DNA of 35,266 nucleotides from assembly GCA_048939245.1 (NCBI GenBank), contig JBHLPR010000023.1:1-35266 (forward strand). Reading direction: 5' to 3'. Positions 18,244-27,481 of the stretch are shown one piece after another. The DNA comes from Promethearchaeota archaeon (GTDB taxonomy: Archaea > Asgardarchaeota > Hermodarchaeia > Hermodarchaeales > Hermodarchaeaceae). The position numbers and the translations under genes are program-made. The notes under the pieces were generated by a model. The model did no database searches. It saw nothing but the letters and a program-made list of their open reading frames with translations, and had not been told where the DNA came from. How positions within the stretch are numbered: position 1 is the first letter of the stretch; the number at the start of each line of letters is the position of its first letter.

Positions 18244-19593
18244 TTATTTTTTAGGTTTGCGCATGCGTTGTATGAAGGAGAGGGTCTCTTCGATTTCCCG
18301 TTCCCGCGCTTCGATAAGGGGCCACATGCTCAAACCGATGCTTTCGCCAGAAATTTCTGCGAATAAATCAATGAAAAGTCCCACCTGATATGCGTACATA
18401 TTTGAAACCGTTTGCGAGGGGCGTCCATGCTTGATGTGGAATTCGACTAATGCATAATCACTCCACCGACGGTAGACTTCGTTCTTCCATAGTGTCGCAG
18501 CATCAAGTGGAAAGTGCATTAAGGCATTCTTCTTGCCAACATTGGGGAAAAGAAATGGGGCTTGAAATGGATGTAAAACATTCCATTCAATATGCAGTAA
18601 ATCCTGGGTTTTGAGCGGATGTAACTTACATGGTAGCATCCAGTTATCTCGGCGAACTTCAGCTGTGGTAAGATCGTAGGAATGCCATTTTTTAGGCACG
18701 TGCAACGCGATTGGAGAATCAGCGCTTCGCAGATTATCTACATGACTAATCCGACGGTCGCTAGGAACTTCTTGATAATGATAGCTGCCTCCGAACGCCT
18801 TTGTCATATAATCTGCCATGGGGTTGAAGTCAGCAGGGGTGATCTGCAAACCTGAGCTATCCCAATTAATGAAAGAGCGGATGATGTGACCGGGGCGTTT
18901 ACCTTTGAGAATTGGTCGAGCCCCATAATCAGCATTGAATGTGATGAGGAGGGGCTCATAGTTTTTACCGTCCTTTCGGACAATAACATAGACCGGCTCG
19001 TAATCATACAGGTGGCGTGGAAGCAATTGAATCGGCCAATAAGCAAAATATTGGATGCAATGCACGTTCTTATCTGCCGGGTCCCGACTAACCCGATATT
19101 TAATTACACAAGTGGGTGTATCTTCGGTCGGAAAGATCGTCGCGAATAGGGATTGGAGATACTCTTTAAATTGCGTCGAATAATCGCTTCGAAGACGTTG
19201 ACGAATCTTGGCCAATACCCCGTACATTTCCCTATCCCATGGAACATCACTTTCGGGGAGTTCGACTCCTAAAATTGCGAGCTTTGCCCCATTTAGATTA
19301 TTTGGGAATTCACCGAGACAAAAAAGGAAAAGTGTATCTGCGATTCCTGCAAAGTCATCCCCTTGAACACGCCTCCTAAATGCCGCCAATCTTCCTCCAG
19401 GTGGCTTCAAACCGAGATTCTTTGCAATATCATTTTTTTCTTCTTCGATAATTCGTTTATCGGTAAATAGTTTAGGACAAAATTGTTGAGCGAGGCGGTG
19501 TTCTTCCGCGGTTGGCGTATTTAGAGCGGGTTTAAAACCAGCCAAGGGAAATGCCTTTTTCCAGCGGTTAAGTATTTCTTCGGATAATTTCAT
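18244..19593 (-). CDS. Hypothetical protein with Vps62/NPP1-like motif set
   Basis: LAQQFCPKLF, CIQYFAYWP..RHLYDYEPVYVIV, LHVPKKWHSY; ATG 19593 with GGAGA SD preferred (ORF track 19638). The CDS is confident; the family call is tentative. Confidence 0.7.
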   Translation of the reverse strand: MKLSEEILNRWKKAFPLAGFKPALNTPTAEEHRLAQQFCPKLFTDKRIIEEEKNDIAKNLGLKPPGGRLAAFRRRVQGDDFAGIADTLFLFCLGEFPNNLNGAKLAILGVELPESDVPWDREMYGVLAKIRQRLRSDYSTQFKEYLQSLFATIFPTEDTPTCVIKYRVSRDPADKNVHCIQYFAYWPIQLLPRHLYDYEPVYVIVRKDGKNYEPLLITFNADYGARPILKGKRPGHIIRSFINWDSSGLQITPADFNPMADYMTKAFGGSYHYQEVPSDRRISHVDNLRSADSPIALHVPKKWHSYDLTTAEVRRDNWMLPCKLHPLKTQDLLHIEWNVLHPFQAPFLFPNVGKKNALMHFPLDAATLWKNEVYRRWSDYALVEFHIKHGRPSQTVSNMYAYQVGLFIDLFAEISGESIGLSMWPLIEAREREIEETLSFIQRMRKPKK

Positions 19594-19725
19594 GATTGGA
19601 ATCTCCGAGATCTCCAGCCGTGAATAGCATGGAAACAAGTTATTATCTACTTTTGGGTCACCTTTAACCGATTCTTGACTGATATAGAGAAGATTTTATT
19701 TTAACTTATATCGATAACAGAATCT

Positions 19726-20664
19726 GTGAATGATATCACTATCGAACGGATAAATCCCAGCGCTGATGTTCCAGACCTTGTATCGCTTAACCGTAAAGAT
19801 ACAGAAACAAGTGAAATCATCAAACCCGATGAATGGCAGCACCTTTCACGCATGGAACGTTGGCAACAGGGAGGCCCATGGCTTGATAGGCAAACGCTAG
19901 TTTTGCATTTATCTGTAATGGAAGAAGCCGGAGGCATCGTTTTAATAGCACGAACCCCAAAGCTACTTGTTGGTGAACTGGAACTTCTTTTTGAAACCTC
20001 AGCTAGAAAGACGCGGCAAGCTTTTATTACATGGATGGTTGTTCACCCTGGATTTCGTCATCAGGGAATAGGAACTCAGCTGATTGACTTTGCAGCCCAA
20101 ATAACTAAAGAACAAGGCTGCAAACGGCTCTTTACAACAGCTGAAAATCCTAGCGCAGTACAATTTTTCGAAGCAAATGACTTCCAGATGGTTAACCAAG
20201 AGGCACAATTCCTCAAAACCTTGAAACCCTTTCGCAAACCGCCATCCACAGGAATTCAACAGATATCGTTGCAATGGAAAGACCGGAAACATACACCTAT
20301 GGGGTTTGTGCCCAGTATCGGAATTAACTATACTTCAGAATATATTTGGAGTTACCTGAGAGCCACTGATCATTTATACAACATGTTAGCAGTCGATGTT
20401 CCTCGACCACAATTATGGTTATTACGTCAAAAGGAGAAGGAAGCCTTAACCGTAGATTATCCATTTCTGCGGATATGGTTGGCTGAATCAAACGCTAAAG
20501 ACTTGGACTTCCTTAAATCTGTATTTGATATCACCGAGTATCTCAGTTGGAAAAATGGTGTCACCCAACTTTCTGTCTTTTCACACCAAAATCAGTACGA
20601 GTTCCTGAAAGAACAAGGATACCAGTTAAAACACGAACGCCCATTCCTATCCTTGTCATTATAA
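19726..20664 (+). CDS. GNAT family N-acetyltransferase
   Basis: Motif A VVHPGFRHQGIGTQL, motif B NPSAVQFFEANDF; degenerate second GNAT-like half. Confidence 0.88.
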   Translation: MNDITIERINPSADVPDLVSLNRKDTETSEIIKPDEWQHLSRMERWQQGGPWLDRQTLVLHLSVMEEAGGIVLIARTPKLLVGELELLFETSARKTRQAFITWMVVHPGFRHQGIGTQLIDFAAQITKEQGCKRLFTTAENPSAVQFFEANDFQMVNQEAQFLKTLKPFRKPPSTGIQQISLQWKDRKHTPMGFVPSIGINYTSEYIWSYLRATDHLYNMLAVDVPRPQLWLLRQKEKEALTVDYPFLRIWLAESNAKDLDFLKSVFDITEYLSWKNGVTQLSVFSHQNQYEFLKEQGYQLKHERPFLSLSL

Positions 20665-23031
20665 CTATTCAGAGTGAATGATACGCCCATTTGCCATGCG
20701 ATATTGATGTTCAGAAGCGGACAGTACAGCATTCTGATGGCTAACAACGATTATTTGTTGGAACGTTCGTGATAATTCGTCTTGTAGCAACCGAATAATG
20801 TTATCACGCCGTTGAATATCTGACCCTCCAAACGGTTCATCCAGCAAAAGAAACTGAGGCGCAGTACCTCGACCTTGGGGGAGGAGTGCAATCGCAAAGC
20901 CGAGACGTAACGCAAGGAGAAACTGATCTTCGGTTCCACCACTATACAAGTCTGCTTGGACATATTCGCCAGCCTCCGAAGAATATACTTTCAGGCTATA
21001 GTCTTCACTCAGCTTCGGAAACCGGTACTTACCATCCGTAATTGTGGCCAAAAGGCGCTCCATAACATTTACAACACGAGGGCGGACCTGTTCACGTCCC
21101 CGCTCTGCGACTTCACGAAGAAGGTCGATGATTAACTGACCGGTTTTGATATTCTCATTCAATGTGGCGATTTCACGTTCTTTTGCTGAATATTCTTCAA
21201 CCACACTTTCATTTTCTTTCAAAAGGGAAGCTAATTCCTCTAATCGCTCAGTTGTCGTTGTTCGATTTGCTTGTAAGCGAACCTTCTTTTCGCGCTTTTC
21301 CCTCACTTGTTGCTCAAGTTCCTCATATAACTCAGCTGAATATTTTCCCAGCGCCTCTGAAAGAGTAGGAAAGGTTAAGGTTGATAGTTTTTCGTTCAAT
21401 TCTGTAATTTCAGATTCAGTTTGTGCTAAATCCTCTTCTGATTCTGCCATTTCAGCTAGCTGTTCTTCTATCGACTCTAATTGCTCTATTAGTGAATTTG
21501 CGCCAGCCTTGAGCTCCATTAATTTCCGATCCACTTCCCTCACAGCGACTTGCAAAGCTTCGCTATCAGATGCACCCGGCATTTCAATGCCTTCGAGCAT
21601 AGAGGAAGAAACTTGATTTAACTGCGAATGGAGTTGTTGAGAAACACCGTCTATCTCTTCAGATAGGATAGATTTTCGTTGTATTTGATCTTGTAGTTGG
21701 CTTTGTTGTTCTTCTCTAACCCGATATTGGGCAACTTGTTCACCTAGCGATTCTTCACGTGTCATAAGTTGATCTAGTTCAGGAAGTGCTTTACTGTAAA
21801 TGAAATAGATCCTGGCCAGATAGAGTAAGAAGGGAATCGCGGCCACAACGAGAATTATCCCGAAAAGAGGATTAAAGAAAAGGATACTTAGTCCTGCGGC
21901 TAATAATCCAATGGAGGGAATGTAAAGCATCGGAGAGAAAATCTGTTTCTGACTAGCTTCGACCTTTTGGCGTTGAGCCTTAACATATTCAAATTCAGCA
22001 AGAATATCCTCCATTGGTTCTAATTCGTCCAGTTGCGCTTCCAGTCTGGTGATGTGTTCATCCACCATCTGTTGTTCATCAATTTTGGTTCGTAGTTGAT
22101 CTGAAGTGGTTCGTAAATTTTGGACCTTTTCAATCTCAATTGGTAAATATTCAAGTTGTTTTTGTTGCTTTTTAAGCCGTTTTTGTTGGGATTGGAGTTT
22201 GGAAGTACTTGCCAATTGTTTGGTTAGTCGATCCTTTGTTTCGATTTGGTGCTGTATTTCTCGTTGGAGTTCTTCTTGTCTATCTTGGATTTCCTTATAG
22301 GCCTTGACGGCCGTATAGTTTTTCTCAGTTTGAGCAAGAGATTGACTCACTTGTTTAAGTTGCTCTTCAAGCTGAGTAAGCACTTGTTGCTTGGCTTTGT
22401 GCTCCTCCGCATGTTTCAGAAAGTCTTCTTTACGATGTTTGAGCTGTTCTAGCGTTTTTTGTTCGGGTTCTATGGTCTTCTTTAATGGGCGGAGGTCTGA
22501 AAGAAGTTTATCATCAGCCCGTGTAAAGCACTCGCGTCCCATCATGGCATTGATAACATGCCGTCGTTCCATCTTTGGCATCTGGGCTAATCGATCTAGA
22601 TCTTTCTGAAGGACAATATTGCTTGCGAGCAGGTCGCTGAGTGCAATTCCATTCAGTAGACTACTGATTTCTTTGTCGACGTTTGTGACACCGGTAGCAA
22701 TTCGGGTGGATTGCCCCGATGCTCCAAGTTTATGTAATGACGCTTGGGTGGGGCGTTTCCGATTTATTCGTCGAGTGATTCGATAGTTGGTTCCATCAAT
22801 TTCAAAGTGGAGCTGTACTAGTGATTCATTGGCGTCATAATTGATGAGTCGGTCTTTTTGTCCCAGTGGAGCCTTGTGTGTACGCCCAAAGAACGCAAAG
22901 AGAATTGCTTCAAATATGCTGGATTTCCCGGATTCGTTGGGTCCACTGACTGCGAGAATGCCTTGGGGAAAGGTGATGTCCACATCAAGATGTTTGAAAT
23001 CCCGAGTCATTATTTGGCGAAGAACCACCAT
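20665..23031 (-). CDS. rad50: Rad50/SbcC-type SMC-like ATPase, hook-less, with predicted transmembrane hairpin at the coiled-coil apex
   Basis: Walker A GPNESGKS, Q-loop IVLQ, long heptad coiled coils, signature YSGG, Walker B LLLDEP, H-switch VVSH; directly downstream of mre11. ATG 23031 with GGAGG SD (ORF track TTG 23040). Confidence 0.9.
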   Translation of the reverse strand: MVVLRQIMTRDFKHLDVDITFPQGILAVSGPNESGKSSIFEAILFAFFGRTHKAPLGQKDRLINYDANESLVQLHFEIDGTNYRITRRINRKRPTQASLHKLGASGQSTRIATGVTNVDKEISSLLNGIALSDLLASNIVLQKDLDRLAQMPKMERRHVINAMMGRECFTRADDKLLSDLRPLKKTIEPEQKTLEQLKHRKEDFLKHAEEHKAKQQVLTQLEEQLKQVSQSLAQTEKNYTAVKAYKEIQDRQEELQREIQHQIETKDRLTKQLASTSKLQSQQKRLKKQQKQLEYLPIEIEKVQNLRTTSDQLRTKIDEQQMVDEHITRLEAQLDELEPMEDILAEFEYVKAQRQKVEASQKQIFSPMLYIPSIGLLAAGLSILFFNPLFGIILVVAAIPFLLYLARIYFIYSKALPELDQLMTREESLGEQVAQYRVREEQQSQLQDQIQRKSILSEEIDGVSQQLHSQLNQVSSSMLEGIEMPGASDSEALQVAVREVDRKLMELKAGANSLIEQLESIEEQLAEMAESEEDLAQTESEITELNEKLSTLTFPTLSEALGKYSAELYEELEQQVREKREKKVRLQANRTTTTERLEELASLLKENESVVEEYSAKEREIATLNENIKTGQLIIDLLREVAERGREQVRPRVVNVMERLLATITDGKYRFPKLSEDYSLKVYSSEAGEYVQADLYSGGTEDQFLLALRLGFAIALLPQGRGTAPQFLLLDEPFGGSDIQRRDNIIRLLQDELSRTFQQIIVVSHQNAVLSASEHQYRMANGRIIHSE

Positions 23032-23033
23032 CC

Positions 23034-24197
23034 TTACCAACCTCCGGATTCTTCAAGGAGTGCAAGTCCTTGCTCTAAGGCATTTTGAAGAAGTTTCTTC
23101 ATTTCAGGGTCTTTTTCCCGTTTAATCCGTTCCAGCACGTATTCGCGGTATTCGGTCGTCGGTGATTTCAAATCAGTATCAGTAGCGAGAAATTCAGGAT
23201 CTGGACTGATATATTCGAGCTCATCAATGATTTCTGTCGAAAAACATTTCGCGAATCCGTGACGCACGACTTCAGCCCGTCGATATTGTTCTGCGGATTT
23301 TATGGTCATAACGCCCTTCAATCGGAACCGCAGGATGAGTTGGGGGTTACGAAGACGGGTGATTTCCTTGATGAGCAGCTGATTGATGTTTGCATCCTTA
23401 GGTATTGTAACAGCAATAGTTTTCATAGCCCGGGTCTCTATGGGAATATGTTTGAGGATTTGAACGCCATCCGTGTCAACCTCTAACCAGACAAACCCTT
23501 TCTTTTGCCCCTCTTCAGTGAAGGTAACATGTTCAGTACTTCCTGGGGTACAGATGGTAGTGTTACCTGCCCTTTGTTTTTGGAATTCATGGTTATGACC
23601 TGCTGCAAGATAGGTAAGATTTTTCGGAACGGATTTGAGCAAAATATCCGGCTCATGGGGAAAGGTTCCCCGTAGCCCTTCCACATTATAGTGGGCGAGA
23701 AGTAGATTCACATCACCTTTCCCGGGGATTGATAATTGGTGAAGAGGATCTTCGGAGGGGAGAAGTGTGGGATTGAATGAAATTCCAGAGATTTCGATTT
23801 CCATGTTTTTAATAGCAAGAGATTGAGTTTGGATGCGTTCCCAATCCTGGAAGAAATTGACGAATCCGGCTCGTGCATATTCAAGTAAGGGAGCCACTCC
23901 GTGTCGACGTGCCCGAGGAACATCATGATTACCGCTTATGATATAGATTGGGATCTGTTTTTCATAGAGTTTGCGAAAAGCGTCCATCACATGTGCTCGG
24001 ACGGGGTTGCGGGGATTGAGTCCATCAAATAAATCGCCTGAATGGAGGAAAAGATCAGGTTTCTTTTCGAGGGCGTATTCAATCACTGTGTCAAAGGATT
24101 TGAGAAAATCTTTCTTGCGTTCATAGCGTCGTGCCTGGAATTTCACAGCGGGAATATCTAGGTGGGTGTCTGATGTGTGCAGAATCGTGATTGGCAC
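23034..24197 (-). CDS. mre11: Mre11/SbcD DNA repair nuclease
   Basis: Phosphoesterase motifs SDTHL, SGDLFD, SGNHD, LLAH, AGHNH, then PGSTE..EEGQKKGF and a capping domain. Confidence 0.94.
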   Translation of the reverse strand: MPITILHTSDTHLDIPAVKFQARRYERKKDFLKSFDTVIEYALEKKPDLFLHSGDLFDGLNPRNPVRAHVMDAFRKLYEKQIPIYIISGNHDVPRARRHGVAPLLEYARAGFVNFFQDWERIQTQSLAIKNMEIEISGISFNPTLLPSEDPLHQLSIPGKGDVNLLLAHYNVEGLRGTFPHEPDILLKSVPKNLTYLAAGHNHEFQKQRAGNTTICTPGSTEHVTFTEEGQKKGFVWLEVDTDGVQILKHIPIETRAMKTIAVTIPKDANINQLLIKEITRLRNPQLILRFRLKGVMTIKSAEQYRRAEVVRHGFAKCFSTEIIDELEYISPDPEFLATDTDLKSPTTEYREYVLERIKREKDPEMKKLLQNALEQGLALLEESGGW

Positions 24198-24203
24198 CGG
24201 TAA

Positions 24204-25835
24204 TCAAACCTCGGAGAAGGATCCTTTGAGTTTTGTTTCTTCTTTGCGGTCTTTCTTAAGCTTTTGATCTATTCCAACTGCTTTTCGTGCTTGTTTGAGT
24301 TTTGCCACCACGTCAATGTCAGCTCCGCCTTCTTTTGTGAGGCGTGAACGGACTTTGATCATCACAGGTGTTCGTGTGATATCGCCTACTACAACAGCTT
24401 CTCCAACGTTGAGACCAGGAAGGTCATTTATGAGGTCTTCACTTAGTCGTTCTGAGGATTGGGCAATGGCGTTCTGATCTCGGGGATTTGTAATTTTGAG
24501 GACAATTTGACTGTTGCACTGGCTAAGGCTATCAGGATGGATGCGCCCAGGTCGTTGGCTGATGAGGAGTAAGAAGACACCAAATTTTCGTCCTTCTTGG
24601 GCGATTCTTCGGATTATAGAGGCGGAATAGGTGAAGACTTCGGGTGGGACAAAATTATGGGCTTCTTCTACTACAACGAATACTGGATAGGCAAATTCAT
24701 CGGTTACGACCGCTTCGAAAACATCTCGAAGCAGCCGGCTGACGATATAGTCGGTGCTTCGGTTGCCGAGTCCTGAGAGGTCCATTACTGCAGCATGGTA
24801 GGGCCTTATGATTTTTGTCACAGGTACCCCACTTCTCGAGAACACGCGAAGGCGCCTTAGGCGATTGACATATTTGACTGCGTTTCGTGCACCAGCACGA
24901 GTATCTTTGCTTATCTGTTCATCTTCGGCAACTGTATTCAATTCCTTAACGATATCTTCCATGAGATAAACGATGTTCCGTTCTTTCAAACGATTCAATG
25001 CCGCTTCTAGTCCGGCCCGAATGATTGTAAAACTCTCCCCGATTCCACAAATGCCACAAAGTTCATCAAAATCTAAATCAGCTAATCGAACTGTATATTC
25101 TTCAACTTGGCCAATATCCTTTTTACTATAACGACCGGTGCTTTCAGGATTTTGAAAGACAGTAACATGTTCTGAGAAAGTATGGCTAGTCCCTTTTTCG
25201 GTTTGACTCAGAAATACATAGTCAGCGTGAGGGTCGATGACAATGACTGTGGCACCCCGTTTCATTAACTCTTCGATGAGCACTCCTGTAAGATAGCTTT
25301 TACCTGCCCCTGTTTGAGCTAGAATCGCTACATGCCGTCGGAATCCATTGATTCGGATGTTGACCGGGATTTGTGGTCGAGAGATAAGATTACCGATGTA
25401 AAGACTTGCATCATTGGGGTAGGCGTAAAATTGTGCGAGTAGATGATTTGGTGCGATGTATATGGGGTTTCCAGGCGTCACTGCGCGGCGGGGAAGTAGT
25501 ATACGTGGAGGATGCCCTTTCTTCGTTGGAGTAAGGTATCCTAGAACTCGTGCAACACCCCAAGTTTTTACATCATCGATGTGGGCTTCTTTGATTCGCG
25601 TGATTGCATCATAATCGAGATCGCGACGCAAAGCGAGGCTTTGAGAGGTGATGCGTTCAACCTGTGCAAGGACTTTAACGGGTTTGAGAACGCCATCGAC
25701 GAGTTCTTCGGATTGAACGGTAAGATATTCAAATTTGGGGGGATAGCGTTTCCGTTCACTCGCAAAGTAAAATTCGGTGGCTTTGGCTTCTTCGACGATG
25801 AAGCCTACGGGTTGATCTTCTTGGGTATTAGGCAC
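24204..25835 (-). CDS. herA: HerA DNA helicase/translocase
   Basis: N-terminal HAS barrel, RHVAILAQTGAGKS, IDPHADY, VVVEEAHNF, EGRKFG, SQRP, LPGLNVGEA; GTG 25835 with GGAGG SD overlaps the nurA stop (ORF track 25853). Confidence 0.94.
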   Translation of the reverse strand: MPNTQEDQPVGFIVEEAKATEFYFASERKRYPPKFEYLTVQSEELVDGVLKPVKVLAQVERITSQSLALRRDLDYDAITRIKEAHIDDVKTWGVARVLGYLTPTKKGHPPRILLPRRAVTPGNPIYIAPNHLLAQFYAYPNDASLYIGNLISRPQIPVNIRINGFRRHVAILAQTGAGKSYLTGVLIEELMKRGATVIVIDPHADYVFLSQTEKGTSHTFSEHVTVFQNPESTGRYSKKDIGQVEEYTVRLADLDFDELCGICGIGESFTIIRAGLEAALNRLKERNIVYLMEDIVKELNTVAEDEQISKDTRAGARNAVKYVNRLRRLRVFSRSGVPVTKIIRPYHAAVMDLSGLGNRSTDYIVSRLLRDVFEAVVTDEFAYPVFVVVEEAHNFVPPEVFTYSASIIRRIAQEGRKFGVFLLLISQRPGRIHPDSLSQCNSQIVLKITNPRDQNAIAQSSERLSEDLINDLPGLNVGEAVVVGDITRTPVMIKVRSRLTKEGGADIDVVAKLKQARKAVGIDQKLKKDRKEETKLKGSFSEV

Positions 25836-27165
25836 GACGGACCCTCCTTTCACGGCGTTTGGGTATTAATGGGATTTTCAATTCTTTTTCGATTAATGGT
25901 TCATATAATGTTCTCACATCCCTCGTGGGCAATCGGGCTTCTTGGTCAGCGTTCACCAGATAAGCATTATACAATTCTAATCCACCATATTCACCACGTA
26001 ATATCCTCAAAATCTCGATTACTCGAGCCGGGGGAGGGTCAAGCAAGCGCGAGGAAGATATTTGAGATATTCGTGTTGGGAGCCCCGCATTAAATGCAGG
26101 TAAATCGATACGCAGAGGGGTGTCATTGTAAGCGAATTTCGTACAGAATGTCACGAACGTGGGAATTTGGAAGACATTTTGCATAACCGGAACGGCCCAT
26201 TTTTCAAATTCGTCTTCATGATCATAGTCATTATACGCGTTCACAAAGCGTCGTCTTACGTATGCCGCGGGGTCTTTGGATTCGTATTTGAAGAGCGGAA
26301 CATCGGGGTACGGCTCAATTGGTGTAGTATATCCCGCAGTTTCTGTCCAGGCTTGAATAAGGGAAAAATCAGGGCGAGGTCGGCGAAGCTCATAAAGGAG
26401 GTCCCAGATTAACTCAGATTGCTTATTGCTGAGGGGGAGTGCTTTAAGGATGGATCTTGTAGAAATGGACTGCTTCTTCTCAATATTAAATAATTGAGCG
26501 AGTTGGTCTAACTCGTCTGGCTTGAGAGCGGGAGTAAGTTCCTGTAATATTTTATTCTTTACCGATTCCAATAAAATGCGGGTGAGATGCCGAGCAACAG
26601 AATCCTTGCTGATTCCAAGAATCAAAATTTTACGTTTCCGACATTCCTCGAGGAGCCGCATGAAGGTTTGCATATAGCGTAGATAGAGGTCTCTTTCCCC
26701 GGGGTAATTGAATGCGATTGGTACATGGGTTATACGACCATACAAGGAACCGTCCAATAGAATCAAATCTACATCCGAAGCTTCTTGTACTGCTTCCAGC
26801 GCTACTTGGTGTTCTATATGTTCGGATCGGATGCTCGCGAGGTCGATGAGTTGTTCTCGCGGAGAAGCAATCATGTGAGCATTTGAGGAGACTTTACGGT
26901 ATGTTGATCCCCACGAAGTGATGGCACTTGCTCGGCAAATATACATAAAGGAACCTGAGGCATACTCCCGAGTTGAACGACCACTGTCTACCGCAATCAC
27001 TTGTAGTTCGGGTTTTTTCTCAGAAGGAAGCTCGCGCCATTCTCTTTGAAAAGCCGTTTTTAAGAACCCATCGAGATCTGTAGATTCTTCACCGGTGAGT
27101 CGACGACGAAACGCGTCGCGTTTTTCTTGTAACTCGGAGAGGAATAGATCGAGAAAATGTGGCAT
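25828..27165 (-). CDS. nurA: NurA DNA double-strand-break repair nuclease
   Basis: IAVDSG, EHIEH, LILLDGSL, GISKDS, PLRID, C-terminal YNAYLVNADQEAR; adjacent to herA. Confidence 0.9.
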   Translation of the reverse strand: MPHFLDLFLSELQEKRDAFRRRLTGEESTDLDGFLKTAFQREWRELPSEKKPELQVIAVDSGRSTREYASGSFMYICRASAITSWGSTYRKVSSNAHMIASPREQLIDLASIRSEHIEHQVALEAVQEASDVDLILLDGSLYGRITHVPIAFNYPGERDLYLRYMQTFMRLLEECRKRKILILGISKDSVARHLTRILLESVKNKILQELTPALKPDELDQLAQLFNIEKKQSISTRSILKALPLSNKQSELIWDLLYELRRPRPDFSLIQAWTETAGYTTPIEPYPDVPLFKYESKDPAAYVRRRFVNAYNDYDHEDEFEKWAVPVMQNVFQIPTFVTFCTKFAYNDTPLRIDLPAFNAGLPTRISQISSSRLLDPPPARVIEILRILRGEYGGLELYNAYLVNADQEARLPTRDVRTLYEPLIEKELKIPLIPKRRERRVRRA

Positions 27166-27209
27166 GATACCTTCGCCCCACTATCTGAGTCACAGATGCC
27201 GGATTTGCG

Positions 27210-27222
27210 CCTTTAAACCTAA
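27210..27222 (-). promoter_or_regulatory. Putative TATA box of the nurA-herA-mre11-rad50 operon
   Basis: GGTTTAAAGG about 46 nt upstream of the nurA ATG. Confidence 0.4.
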
Positions 27223-27481
27223 CCCACAGGAGGTGATAAGTTAATAGAACCTAATTAGACCCTGCGATTGTTAAAGATGAACCCTAAAGTCATCCAAAAT
27301 TGCTTTGGAAGCAATCCCAGCTTTAAAGAGCAATAAAAAAATCCAAAATATGATCTAACTCTCAAAAAACAAGAAAAGATCGGGAATCAGCGTTTCCAGC
27401 TGAGTTCATACATTTCAACGAAACTATAAAGGGTAGTAATTGGTAACAGAATACAATCACTAAAACGGGTGATTCATTATA

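Noticed and set aside
21146-21616. 156-aa Ser-rich plus-strand ORF (similar shadows at 3254-3685, 9622-10065 and 34848-35213)
   Set aside because: Antisense shadows of well-supported genes; Ser/Phe richness mirrors Glu/Lys codons on the coding strand.
25581-26093. 170-aa plus-strand ORF across the nurA/herA junction
   Set aside because: Fully antisense to two conserved genes and has no recognisable motif.
27228-27237. Perfect Shine-Dalgarno-like AGGAGGTGAT in the large intergenic gap (possible hidden peptide or RiPP precursor)
   Set aside because: No ATG/GTG/TTG at usable spacing and nearby frames close quickly; chance or a remnant.
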